A stretch of DNA of 64,000 nucleotides from the human T2T-CHM13v2.0 reference genome, Homo sapiens (GCF_009914755.1 NC_060928.1), one strand, 5' to 3'; numbered from the stretch's first letter, positions 29,013 to 42,951 are shown. The notes: a model not told the origin generated them from the sequence alone. Translations and numbers: made by a program.

Positions 29013-29884
29013 GAAAATTGTTTGAATTTCCTTTTCAAACAATTCAAATAGTATGAAAATTTCTATTTCCTTGATGACTGTGGCTACTCTCTATATTTCC
29101 CAGCTATTATTTCCTCCTTATGGTTCAGTAATCAGAATGGTACACAGTATTTCAAGATTGGAAAATATTTTTTAATGAGAAAAATAAATATTTTTCATTA
29201 TCTCTCATTGTAAATATTTATTCAATAGTCTGGAATTAGTATACTAAAAAAAAATATGTTAACACAGAATTATAATTACATATAAATATGAAATAATTTG
29301 GTTCAGCATTTCTCAATTCCTCCAAAAGTTTTAATGCTAATTAACCACACTATATAAACATTTTACTGTATTAGTAATTCCATAGATGGAATTTTTGTTT
29401 GAGCTAAGATTTATTGGAGTTCAAAATTTAGGTTCTTTCCATTTCTCCCTGCTGGCTTATACCAGAATAAACTTCAAAATGAAGCTTGAACAAGAATAAG
29501 GTCCAAGAAATTAAACTGATTCAATACTGAATATGTTGGCTGCAATGAAGAAGAGAAAAAGCATATTGGGTAAAAACTAAAGAAATCCAAATAAAGTATG
29601 GAGTTTAGTTAATAATGTATTAATATTGCTTCATTGTTTCTTCCTATTTGCTAATTCCATCTACACATACACACAAAAAAATTTTTTTTGAAGACAGGGT
29701 CTTGCTTTGTCTTTCAGGCTGGAATACCGTGGTACCATTATAGTTCACTGTAATCTCAAACTCCTGCCTGCTATAGGAGCAAATAGCAGAAACTCTCTAT
29801 GGGTTATAGATTGGGTTTCTCTCTGTACTTCATAATTTTTCTAAAAATCTAAAACTTTTCTGAAATAAAATTTTACCTAAAAAA

Positions 29885-31170
29885 CAGGCATGAATACCAG
29901 ATGAAAATTACAACTAAGTCTTACATAACTTAAAAAAGAGATAATTCCAATGTTATTTAAAATATTCCATATTGTAAAGAATTCCTTCCATTTTATTCAT
30001 GAATGTATATAACTTTAATACTAAAACATGTTCAAGAATCCACCAAAAAAGAATAATACAATCAATCTCTACCATAAATATGTATCTAACAAATAAAATG
30101 AAACATTAGCAACCAGAATCTAGCAATGCTTTTGTATGATAATATATTAAGACCAAATAAGTAAATTCTCTAATTGCCTGGATAATTCAGTTTTAGAAAA
30201 CCACTACATAATCTTCTACATTAATAAATTATCAAAGAAAATAATATATGTTCATATCAATAGATGAAGAAAGGACAGTTGAGTGATCCTCCTACCTAGG
30301 CCTCCCAAAGTGAAAAAAAAAAAAGGAAAAGCATTTGATAAAATTAAAGAGCTATTTGTAATGATAATTCTACATTTAATGGAATTTGAGGAATACTATT
30401 TTAATATAATAAAAAATACCTTAAAAATTAAAATCAATAAAGTATTATCCCAACCAGCAAATACTAAAACTATTTCAATTAAAATAAAAAATAAATAGAA
30501 ATGCCTCTATCTTTATTACTATTATCTAATAATGGTGTATCATGCTTGCTTCGACAGTACATATACTAAAATAGTGGTGTGTCCATTGAATACAACAAAA
30601 TTAAGTAAAATAACTGGTATTAGTTGGAAAGAAAGATATAAAAATATCTCTTTTTGCCTATGATGTAATTGGATGCCAAAACAGTACAGGAAAATGTAAT
30701 AAATTACCCTAAGATTATAAAAGAATTAAGTGCAGTGACCATATTAAAGTTAAATATATAAAAAACAGTAGTTTTTATCTATCCTAACAATTACCTAAAA
30801 AGGAAATTGGAAAAAAATCTCATTTTCAATAAAGACAAAAATAATGACAGAATTATGCAAAGGAAAGGCATAGAATCTAAACAAAGAAGATAGGAACAAA
30901 TGGAAAGATATCAAAATTAAATAGGAAAACAATATTAAAATATCAGTTCTCCCAAAACTAATATATAATTCCAATTAGAATCCCTCTGATTTTTTGATAT
31001 AATAATGTGGGGGAATAGAGAGTATGAAAAAAAGAATAGTGAAGAATAACTCTGATTTCCATGAATCAGAAGATACAGTGGCTATAAAGCCATTATAATC
31101 AAATCAATGTGGCATTCGCATAGAAAAAGACAAATAGATCAGGAGAACTAAAGAAAGAATCCGGAAATGT
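29885..31170 (+). mobile_element. Highly decayed L1M ORF2 fragment
   Basis: Recognisable ORF2 motifs (catatcaatagatg...aaagcatttgataaaatt; tataaagccattataatcaaatcaatgtggcatt). Confidence 0.65.
30542..30572 (+). pseudogene. 3'-truncated U6 snRNA retrocopy (U6 nt 1-31)
   Basis: atgcttgcttcgacagtacatatactaaaat compared with U6 GTGCTCGCTTCGGCAGCACATATACTAAAAT. Flanked by the degenerate direct repeats aataatggtgtatc / aatagtggtgtgtc. Confidence 0.85.
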
Positions 31171-31224
31171 TTTCTAGTGTATGTATGTTAATTTGCTCGT
31201 GTGTGAGTCTGTGTGGTGTGTGTT

Positions 31225-31342
31225 TATCTTCCAATAAAACTTTATGGGCACTGAAATTTGAATTTCATATGATTTCACATGTCATGAAATATTATTCTTT
31301 AAAAAAATCTTTTCAACCACCTAAGAATGTAAAAAACATTTT
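31225..31342. mobile_element. hAT MER58-like fragment
   Basis: ccaataaaactttatgggcactgaaatttgaatttcatatgatttcacatgtcatgaaatattattc motif. Confidence 0.7.
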
Positions 31343-31874
31343 TGTAATGGTATGAGAATAAGGAAAACAATAAAAAATGCAGTACTTTCTTTTTAAAAAT
31401 ATGAATGGAATGGTAAGGCATTTTACTTTTCTTTCTAAGAACGTCGAATGAATAATAAATAAAAAGTCTTTTTAAAGTATGATGTGTGCTTTTAGAAACT
31501 GAAAATGGATGAATTTGGCACTTCTCATTCTTTTAATTCAGGATGTTAAAAATGGAAACTCTATATTGAGGTTCAAATCTCATGTAGCTCAACTTATAAA
31601 TTGTTGACAACAAAGTTTAAGAATATATTTACATGGCATTTGTAAAAAGCTACTGTCTTGCATAATGGTCCCAAAGGAGTTTATTATAGTTTTAGGAGAT
31701 TCTCAATTGTTGGGATTCTGTCTCAGCATGGTACAGTGTTTCACTAAATATAGGTAGCTATATTTTTCTATTATATATACAAACCGTATTAAATTGATTT
31801 GTAGTTCTCATTGATTTAGAGGCTAAGGATAGCCTGACTTCAGGCTAAGTACTTTAAAAATAATTACCTTGAAT

Positions 31875-32245
31875 AATATTCAGCCTTAAAAAGGAAGGAA
31901 ATCCTGTCACATGATACAGCATGCATAAACCTTGAGGACACTACACTAAGTGAAATAAGCTAGTCACCAAAAGACAAATACTGTGTAATTCCACTTATAT
32001 GAAGTATCTAAAGTAGTCAAGTTCATAGAAACATAAAGTAGAATTGTGGTTGCCAGGGGACAGGGTGTGTGGGGGAGGAAATTAGGAGCTGTTTGAGGAG
32101 TATAGAGTTTCAGTTTTATGAGATGAAAAAATTCTGGAGATCCATTGCACAACAATGTAAATGTGCATAACCTTAGACACCTGCACATTTTAAAATGGTA
32201 AATTTTATGTTATATGTTTTTTGTCACAATTAAAAATAAAAAAAA
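31875..32245 (+). mobile_element. L1MA/MB 3' end
   Basis: attcagccttaaaaaggaaggaaatcctg...aaccttgaggaca...ctaagtgaaataagc, ending in an A-rich tail. Confidence 0.85.
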
Positions 32246-34781
32246 TTACCTTAAGTTACATGAGTGCTTGTAAAATCTCTGATGTTTGATAAAGCATACT
32301 TTATTTTCACAGTTGTAATATAAAGGATTTGTTGACAACATGTTTTTTCCAGGGTAATGGAAAATTCTATTGAAGTCCAGTAAATAACAAGTATTTATTA
32401 ATTGCCTACTATGAACAAGACATTGAGAGTTATGCATAACATTTCTATAGAAATGTAGATATGTATATATAGTTGTTGGCACAAGTCCCAAAAACATAAA
32501 TTAAATGACAATTCAAGAGACAAAAACTGTCAAGAACATAATAGAAGTCACAGCACAGTATATGATTAATAGTTAAGTGAAGGTTACTAGATAAATCTTT
32601 AGCCTAATTTAACAGGTGTAATAACTAATATAAGTGATGTGCATATGTCCTACATATATGGGTAGGTAGCTGCAGAAATGTTTCCTAACATATTTGTAGT
32701 TGAAAAGAATTGATATTCATTACACATCATTAGGTTTCTGCACAACTCTTCTATATATGGTACTCAAATTTACCCTTATTAGCTCCCACCCCCACCTTTT
32801 TTTTTTTTAATATATAAAGGTTAGGTCTCAAAAGTAATCAGGTAATTTCAAATTCATGCAAACAAACCTTGGAATATGTAAGTACAAAGCATTCTACCAA
32901 TTAGTGTCAGCTACCAATATACTAAAATAAAATGTTTTTTCTCTACCTTCTCTCTCACATTCCCCCTATTTATCATAATGCAACCTTTAACTTCTCTTTT
33001 CCTGCTCTTATCAAAACACACACACAACCCTGATTCTCCCGGTTCTCATAGTAGGGTCTGGGGTAACAATACAGCAGACAGGGGAAAGGCAAGGAAGGGA
33101 AGAAAAGGCTTCAGCCATCAAGGGATCCTTCCTCCCTTCCAGTGGATCTTTCCTCCCTTCCAATAAGAATCTCATAATCTAGTAGTCTTCAGCCTCCTTA
33201 CAACTCTTCTCAGTCCCCTCCTCACTAGTACACTCCGCAGAGAATGTTATACTAGATGAAGCAAACAAATCTTAGGAAATGCTTGGAATGACCACACTAA
33301 TTCCTAGGGATTAGCTAGAATATTTTCCTGTGCCTGAAATACACTCTTCCAGTAACATGTGTCCTAATTTTGTTTTTATTTTTGTAATCATATTTCTTAT
33401 CTGTAATATTAGGGGATAGACAAATAGATGTCTAGACTTATTTTAATTTTCAAACTTTGAGATTCTAGAACTGAAAAATAAATCTTAAAAAAAAAAGGTT
33501 TTTTATTTTTAGTAAAGGGCACTAGATGGCACAATTCCACCAATTTATGCTAATAAAATCACTCATCCTTTTATTCACATATAAAATAATTTAACTTTAC
33601 AGTTACACTTAAATAATTTGACAGAAAACCTATATAACAAAGGTAAAAGTTCTTGAAAATATAATATTTCTAATATACCACATTTTATATCCTTATTCAT
33701 TAACAGAATAACCAGAATCCCAACCCTGCATGAATAATTTAAGTTACCCAAAGTAAATAGGTATCTCTCTATAATAAAATGCAGCAAAAACTTACAGATA
33801 TTGAACATTAATTTGTATCAAATGTACATTTTATAGTATTACTGATAATATAATAAAACTCTATCCAACAATAAAGTGAACTGGTGGTTCCATTGACTAC
33901 AAATGCTTAAAATAAGGTACTAGAAAGACTAAACGCTCACAAGTCTGATTTATTTTTACTAACTGCTTGCCTTAGACCTTAGTTTCCTCAAGCCTAAAAA
34001 TGAAAAAGTTGATCTAGAAACAATCAGAAATGATTAAGGTCTACTTGATTTAGCATTCAGTCGACCTCTTATTCCTTTAAAGTACCATATTTACCACAAA
34101 AGTCCCAGATCTGTCCAGTGTTTTTACTATCACTTCATTCCCTGGGATTATTTATAGTTCAGAAAACTTATCAGTCCTTAAGCTACATTTTGACATATAA
34201 GACACAGCACATCAGCCAAACAAACAGAATGTACACTGCACTTGGACCATCTTCCAACTGTGGCTTAGGCTCTTGGAGTAGTCCTACCTTGCCATTAGAT
34301 GGCAAACACTCCTGCTAGGTGGTGCAATCAACAGCGGTAGAAAGAGGTTCTAAGAGAGAAATGCCCCTACTTAGATATTCTTGCCTGATGAAAAACTCTT
34401 CTCTTAGGAGGAAAGTCATCATCTTGGGCAAAAGTAACAGCTTCTAGAAGTTCACATGTAAAGAGGAAGTAGAGAAAATGACATCTACCTTGCTAAATAC
34501 ACTGTCGCAAGTTATTCTACATATTAATGGAGGGACATGGTATACAGCTAGATTTCTTTTACATTGCAACAAACTAGACAGAGCAGGGTGGTGGATGTGG
34601 AGGGGAGGGGGAATGAAAAGAAGTTACAATTCCTACAGAGGAACTCTTAAAGAAGTACCGGAGACTGTTGAAGGTTGTGTCTGTAAATGGTTTCTCAATG
34701 GTAATACTAAGTGGGCAGCGGTTTCTTACAGGAAGTTGTTCCCCGGTACCTAAGGCAGCTTATCTATAACAGCTGGACTAA

Positions 34782-35216
<435 letters not shown>

Positions 35217-35494
35217 GCTCTCTCTTTTTAAGATAATTTACCATGATAGGATGGAGAGAATTTTTTGTTTTTGAATACTAAAACTGTACTTACACAGCCT
35301 CTTTTTTGTCTCTCCTAAAATAATTTTTAACCAGTATTCTAACCACCATGTATTAAACATCATGAAAAATAATGAGGAAAAGAGTACTATCCAGATGATA
35401 GTATTCTTTGTAAAAATAAAATATCAATATATGGTATAGAGAATATATGAACCCATTCAACACTTTTAAGAGAAGCATTATAATGTGGTTATAT

Positions 35495-36615
35495 AATGGA
35501 CATTGCGGTTTATTCCCCAACATTTCCATTCCATCCCAGAAGACTATGTGAGCAAATTATGGTAATTCATTCCCTTTGTCATTGATTAGTTCAGAAAAGG
35601 ACATAGGACCCAACTGTGGCTGTGGTAGGCATCACTCTAAAATGGCTCCCCAGAGATTTCCCATTCAAATTCCTAAAAACTACAGATATAATGAGATGGC
35701 ACTCTCATGACTAAGTTATGTTATAAGGCACAGCTTACCTAAAAACAGGGAGATTATCCAGGTGGGCCACATCTAATTACATAAGCACTAAAAGCAGAGA
35801 GGTTCTTCAGCTGATGGCAGAATGGAAAGTCAGAGAGAGTTGAAGCATGAGAAGGATTCAAGGGAACCACCTGATGAGGGATGCAGAGAGCCACAAGGGG
35901 CTGAGAGGAATCCCCAACTGATAGCCCACGAGGAAACAAGGACAAAATCCTACAACCACAGAGAACAGGATTTTGTCAATGAACTTAGTGAGCTTGGAAG
36001 TAGATTCTTCCTCAAATCCTCCCAGCCCAGCCCGTCCTCCACTTTGGATTGGGCATTGTAAGGCACTAAATAGAGAACCCAATTGTGCCCCCCAGGACTC
36101 TGACCTACAGAACTGCGAGATAATAAATAAGTGTGGTTTGGTGCTACAAAATGTGTGGTAATTTGTTATGACAGCAGTAGAAAGCTAACACAGTAGCCAA
36201 AGAGCTGTAAAATAGAGACTTCTAGGAGTTCTAGGGAAATTTTACTTATTTCTAAGTAAATATTTCTAGGTATTTATTTTACTTATTTCTAAGAAGGAGC
36301 CGCAGAACAAAATGTTGTCTCTTCTTTCTCTAGATATTGCATTGTCTAGACCTAATGGCTAGAGCTGACTTGTCGATGTAGAGGATTATGTTGACAGAAT
36401 TTCTGAAAACTAGATCACCCTACAATCACAGAATAAACCTTATGTGGCAATAATGTATAGGACGTAGGCAGAATAGAAATTGGGCAACTTTAGATCCTCA
36501 TGCCATTGAAGAGGTTAACCTTGGAGCTGCTAATATGTGAGATAATAAATTTCTTTATTGTCTACATGAGTTTGAGTCAGGGTTTCTATTACTTACAGAC
36601 AAAATATTTTAACTG
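35495..36615 (+). mobile_element. Nested MaLR LTRs: MLT1D/E-like (~35620-36190) inside an older MLT1
   Basis: tgtggtaggc...aaaatggctccc start, ggagattatccaggtgggcc, tctgacctacagaactgcgagataataaat, aatttgttatgacagcagtagaaagctaaca end. Confidence 0.75.
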
Positions 36616-36664
36616 ATGGGCTTGTTGACATAAAACTAGTCAAATTATATCTAGAAACACAGTT

Positions 36665-36905
36665 TTAGGTGAAAGAACACTGGGCATAGAAACAAGACAC
36701 AAGATAACACCATGGTCTGGTGGTCTGGTTGCTTATTACCTGTATAACCGTGGGCAGGTTACCTAGTCTCACTGATCCTGTATTTCCTCAGGTAAAAAGC
36801 AGAAGTACTAATACCCAATTCACTGGGTTATTGTGAGAATTATCTATGATACAAAATATGAAGTTATGTAGCATAGCATCTGAAATACCATAATTATTCA
36901 ATAAA
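36665..36905 (+). mobile_element. MIR
   Basis: MIR core: ctgtataaccgtgggcaggttacctagtctcactgatcctgtatttcctcaggtaaaaa. Confidence 0.7.
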
Positions 36906-37404
36906 GGGTCTTTGTCCTAAAATAATATGTAAAGCAAAAGAGAAAAATTTGTTCAGGAAGAAAAAAGTTAATCAAGAAAAATGACAAGTTTTTTTAAAAG
37001 GTTTTTTTCTTAAAGGTATGGTAAAGGATAAATGCATAGAATGTTAAATATGAAAGCCAAGTATTCTAATTTTATTGTTTTATTGTCTGGTATGATTTAT
37101 TATTGAAGTATACAAAACTTTCAGAAAGAGACAATTTTAAAAGATTATATGTTTGCTATGTTACAAACCAAATACTAATGTTAAAGGAAAGATAAAAGAT
37201 TGTCTTAAAGTCATAAATACGGTTTGCAACCAAAGCAATTAATGTAACCAACTTACATTGACTATTTTGTTCCATCATGTCATCTGATTGATTTAAATTT
37301 TAAAGTATTCACTAGTTTTTATGAGATTAAAAGAGATATCTCAAATTAAAAATAACCAGTTATGAAGCACCTGTATGGTTTAAGAACTGAGTCACCAGAT
37401 GTCT

Positions 37405-37812
37405 ATATTAGTTTGCTAGGGTTGCTGTAACAAAGTAACCACAACCTGGGCAGCTTAAGCAACAGAATTTATTGTTTCACAGTTCTGGAGGATAGAAGTC
37501 CAAAATTAAGATATCAGCAGGACTGGTTCCTTCTGAGGGCTGTGAGGGAATAATTTCCAGGCCTCTGTCCTTGACTGGCAGATGATCCTCTTTTCCCTAT
37601 GGTTCTTCACATCATCTTCCCTCTATGCACACCCATGTCTAAATTTCCTCTTCTTATAAGTACCCCAATCATATTGGATTAGGGACCACTCTGAATGCCT
37701 TATTTTAACTTCAGTACCTCTGTAAAACCCCTCTCTAAGTAAGGTCACATTGTGAGGTACCGGGAGTTAGGACTTCAACATATAAATTTGGGAGGACACA
37801 ATTCAACACATA
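37405..37812 (-). mobile_element. MLT1A/B/C-type MaLR LTR
   Basis: tattagtttgctagggttgctgtaacaaagtaaccacaa...aaggtcacattgtgaggtaccgggagttaggacttcaacatataaatttgggaggacacaattcaac. Confidence 0.9.
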
Positions 37813-38427
37813 AACACTATCTGAAACACATTCTCTGCCCTCAAGGAGCTTTCAGCCTAATGTGTGATATATACATTTATTCTCTATCTTCTATTTATTC
37901 AACTTTGAATTTAAAGAAAAAACACTAAGTTGCTTTTGTAATGATGATAATATGAAGTATTCACATTGCATGAATTGTAGTTTCAGTTGTGTTTCGTATA
38001 ATACCAAGTTGGTACTTTCTAAAAATAATTATCTTAAATATATGTCTCAATATTTGCTTGAATTCAATTATTGTTTCCTTCATATTGGGGAATTGATTTA
38101 AATCTGATATATCCAGCTGTAGTTATATATTTATTTAATTTCTCACACATGTATCTAATTTTCTTCCCTTTTAAATCTGCATATCTAATTAAATTGAACA
38201 AATTCAATAAAGATTATAAGGAAGATATCTCTGTAATGACATGAAAAAATTCTACCTAATACCAATTTATATGGTTACAAAATTTAAAGTTTGGTCAACA
38301 AAAGTGAATTTTTATTTTCATAGTATGAAATGCCAAAACATTGCCAATACTCAGGAATTTGTATCTAGTTAGTTAAATAAGTATAAATACAGGAAAGGTC
38401 AGGGTTGAGATATAGACTTGTAAGTCA

Positions 38428-38760
<333 letters not shown>

Positions 38761-39007
38761 AAACCATGTTTGGAGACCGATTTGAGTAATAATAAAACTC
38801 CAGTCTCCCACACAGCCAGCTCTGTGTGAATTACTCTTTCTTTATTGCAATTCCCCTATCTTGATAAATCAGCTGTCTAGGCAGCAGGCAAGGTGAACCC
38901 ATTGGGTAGTTGCAAATTTGGTGACTTGTCTAGGATTGCCCTTGTGGCTACCTGCCCATGGTTCAGTAGCCTCCCTCCAGTGATGGATCCAGAGGCCAGC
39001 TCAAGTG

Positions 39008-39970
39008 ATTGAGACATGTATTTAAGATCATTATTTTTAGAAAGTACCAACTTAGACACACCTGAAACTGCCAGACACACCTGACACTACCTGAAACTAC
39101 AGACACACCTGAAACTACAATTAGTGCAATGTATTACAATTACTACAATTAGTGCAATGTATTACACTACACTACAATTACACTAAAACTACAATTAGTG
39201 CAATGTATTACAATTACTACAATTAGTGCAATGTAGTTTCAGACACACCTGAAACTACAATTAGTGCAGCCATACCAGACACACCTGAAACTACAATTAG
39301 TGCAATGTGAATACTTCATATTATCATCATTACGAAAGCAACTGAGTGTTTTTTCTTTAAATTCAAAGTTGAATGAATAGAAGATAGAGAATAAATGTAT
39401 ATATCACATACTAGGCTGAAAGCTCCTTGAGGAGCTTTCCAGAGAATGTTTCAGATAGTGTTATGTGTTGAATTGTGTCCTCCCAAATTTATATGTTGAA
39501 GTCCTAACTCCCAGTACCTCACAATGTGACCTTAATTAGAGAGGGGTTTTACAGAGGTACTGAAGTTAAAATAAGGCATTCAGTGTGGTCCCTAATCCAA
39601 TATGACTGGGGTATTTATAAGAAGAGGAAATTTAGACACGGGTGTACATAGAGGGAAGATGATGTGAAGAGCCACAGGGAAAAAAGGATCATCTGCCAGT
39701 CAAGGACAGAGGCCCGGAACTTATTCCCTCACAGCCCTCAGAAGGAACCAACCCTGTTGACACCTTGATTTTAAACTTCTATCCTTCAGAACTGTGAAAC
39801 AATAAATTCTGTTGCTTAAGCTGCCTGGATTGTATTTACTTGTTACAGCAACCCTAGCAAACTAATACAGATAGCTGGCAACTCAGTTCTTGAAGCATGC
39901 AGGTGCTTCATAACTGGTTATTTTTAAGGTGTGATACCTCTTTAGTCTCAGAACAACTAGTGCATTCCTT
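39008..39970 (-). repeat. Inverted duplicate of 37301-38051, including a second copy of the MLT1 LTR
   Basis: Reverse complement matches unique flank plus LTR, e.g. 39008 attgagacatgtatttaagatcattatttttagaaagtaccaactt compared with 38006-38051 aagttggtactttctaaaaataattatcttaaatatatgtctcaat. Confidence 0.95.
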
Positions 39971-41184
39971 AAGTGGCCTAGTTCTCTTGGACTAAGGTTG
40001 ACTCTGGTACTGTCTCTTCTGGCAGGGTGCTGCTGACCCAGTGTGCATGGACTTCATTGATATAGAGAAATAGTCCTGGGAGACATCCCATAATTGTACC
40101 CCATGGTGGGGTGTCTTTGTCTGTAGCCCCACAATGGAGTATATGTAACTGTAGTCCTATCACAGGGTACCTGTCTATAGCCCTGTCACGGAGTGTTTAT
40201 AGCTGTAGCCCCATTATGGGGTGTCTGGTTTGGTGAGTATTTTAGGTGCTGCCAATGCCTCCTTCCTCCTCCCAGTTGGTTTGGCTCCCTCAGAGGTCTT
40301 GGTTTTTCTGTAGCCCTATGGTGAGATGTCTGTCTATGGCCCCATTCAGGGGTGTCTGTCTCACTTTGGCCCCTTCGGATGTCTCAGTTTTTCTGCTCCC
40401 CCATGGTAGAGTGTCTGTCTCGGTTTGGCTCCTTCAGGAGTCTTGGTTGGCTCTCTCTAATTAGTAGTAAGAGTCTTGGGAAAGCTCTCAGTCAGGAAGA
40501 TTTCAGGGAGAGTTCTCAAATGGAGAATAGGAGGATAGTTTGGAAGGGATACTCTTGGAATTCTTGGATAAGGACCTTGATTTGGAAGTCCTTCTGTCTA
40601 TTTTGTCTTTGTGTGTGTTTGTATACGTGGAGGGGATTTCAAAAGAAATTACTGACAGAACTCCACCAGGCCTAACTCAGAGAACCCTCCTTACTTGTCT
40701 AGTCACATTTGGTGAGCCCTGAAGAAAGTTCAACAGGCCTGAGTTGGGGCAAGTATCTGCTCTTCATCTTGCCCAGAGGCCACCTATTGAATTACCAGTC
40801 AGAGATCATCCCTCCCCACCTGGAGTGGATCAAAGACAACAGGGACCAACAGGAGAAAGTATGAGCCTTGCCAAGTCCATATTGGGTGCTGAACAAGGTG
40901 ACTAGTGTCCATTTTGTTATGTGCATTTTGCTTTGACTGGGATGGAAAATGCTAATTCAATGCCCCATGCAGCCCATTGGGCAGCATCTTGCAAAATTGA
41001 GAATCTTTTGCCTATGGTTTCATGAAACAGAAAAGGGTAATTTCATTTTGTAAGGTGGCTTGAGCACAACAAGCAGGGCCATCAAAAGCTTGCTCCATTC
41101 TTCTGGAAACTGCAGAGAAAGGAAACCCAGAAACCTGGTGTGCCAGCAAAAAGGGTAAGAAATTCTTACCAGCCACGTTTCTAC

Positions 41185-41220
41185 TCTCTCTCTCTTTCTC
41201 TCTCTCTCTCTCGTGTGTGT

Positions 41221-41262
<42 letters not shown>
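41185..41262. repeat. (CT)n-(GT)n compound microsatellite
   Basis: Read directly from the sequence. Confidence 0.97.
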
Positions 41263-41265
<3 letters not shown>

Positions 41266-42951
41266 GATAAACATCATTATTTGTCTCCTCTGCAAGAGTT
41301 TGATTAATAGAAATAAAAGGATTTGTGAGACTAGTCTTAGGCTGCAGCAAATCTGGTTTACTTTGTGCTAAGAATGTGTCTGTAATGGAGACAGGGGTAT
41401 CACAGGATAGAACATGTGCTTAGGACCTCTATAAGCCTGCTTTCCATCCAGCCCAGAAAGGTGATCGGTTACAATTTTTTCTCCAGGTCCCTGAAACTAA
41501 TACCGAATGAAATTTCTCTGTCTAGTTTTGTGTTTTTAAGAGCTTAACATTGTGACCATATGAGGATACTTTCTCTTGGTTTCTGCCATCCAGAGGACAA
41601 GAATTTGGGGGTTCACATCATAGTTAGCCCTAAAAATTGTCTTGAGCAGTTAAGAGCCTTTGCAAGATTGAAATTGGCCACTCTAGACTTCTTCTGGGAA
41701 GAGCAATAGAAACTGCTCCATGCTGTGTAGCTCAGTAGCTAAGCCTTTGTCTTTTGACAATGGTGGCCTGGGTTCAATTCTTGGCTACTGGAATGAATCC
41801 TTTCTGGCTTGTTATTTGTGTAACTTTGCCATTTTTTGAGGGTTTTTCCCCCTTGGATAGCTTCTGATTTTCTGTCTTGGATTTTCCTTTCTCTAAACTA
41901 CCCTTGGGGAGATTCTAAATCTTGTAGAAAAAAAGAAACTGCTTACCATCTCTCTGAGACACTTTATGCGTGCATGGTTAAGTTATAACCTTAGTTACAA
42001 CTTATTAATTTCATGTGGGAAGTTACCTGTGGTAGAATTCAAAAGCCAGAAATATTGGCTGCCCTGGTTAGAGTCGGTAATAAGAGACTTAAAATAATTT
42101 TTTTTTAGAAACAAAGCTCTATAGTAAATATCAGCTTAATTAAAAACAAATATCCAAGCTGTATCTATTTAAGAGGACTTTATCTTTCTTTTCTTCTTGA
42201 ATCATGTTTTTCCGAAAAAAAGTTTTTTCTACTCAGAAGACTAAATTGTTCTTCTCCATTTTGTCTTCTTGCCACTCTTGATACCCACATCAGAGAAACT
42301 AAGATAAATTCTAACAGCCTGGGACTCCTGGGGAAAAGCAGAGGAGGCACCACAGACCCCATTCTGGGAAAAACCTCTGTTTTCCACACAGAAGCCCAGA
42401 AATTGAATGAGAATAGATCCCTCTCAAAATCGAAGGCTCTGTTCTGTTTTGCATTGTTTTAACTGATGCTTTTGACTTTTGTGGGTATCAGAAATTACTT
42501 CACATTATAAGGGAAACTTGGTGTGTACTAACTAGGCAGGAAATATACTTTTGGGGATGGCTAATGGCATTTATGGGGGGATACACAGCTCTTTGATGTT
42601 TCAATTAGAGAAGCATGCTCTTAGCCACCTAAAATATATGGAAACATCCCCAATCCCCACTGAAAGAGACTCCAATGGAGGATGAGCTGATTACAAAATG
42701 GACTGTTTAGCTTTGGGTTGCCTTGCAATGAAATGCATGGTAGAAGCATTGCACTATTTTCTCCCATAGTATTTCCCTCCTTTTGGGGTATCCAGGATCC
42801 AGTATAAAATGGCACCCTTAATTTTGGGGATCTGTCTTTGCCTTCCAGCTGTGCCTGCTTATTGGGCTCTAGAAACTACATACTTTCCTGACCCTGTTCC
42901 TCCAAGGGCTCTACCCTGAAGCCAGTAATCCAATTAAGATACTACTAAATG

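Noticed and set aside
39054-39310. Short recurring units superficially resembling a CRISPR array
   Set aside because: No unique spacers or constant spacing, no cas genes, primate context. The units derive from a local sequence.
39455-39870. Second MLT1 LTR as an independent insertion or the partner LTR of a provirus
   Set aside because: It is inverted relative to the first copy and shares its unique flanks, so it is part of a local duplication.
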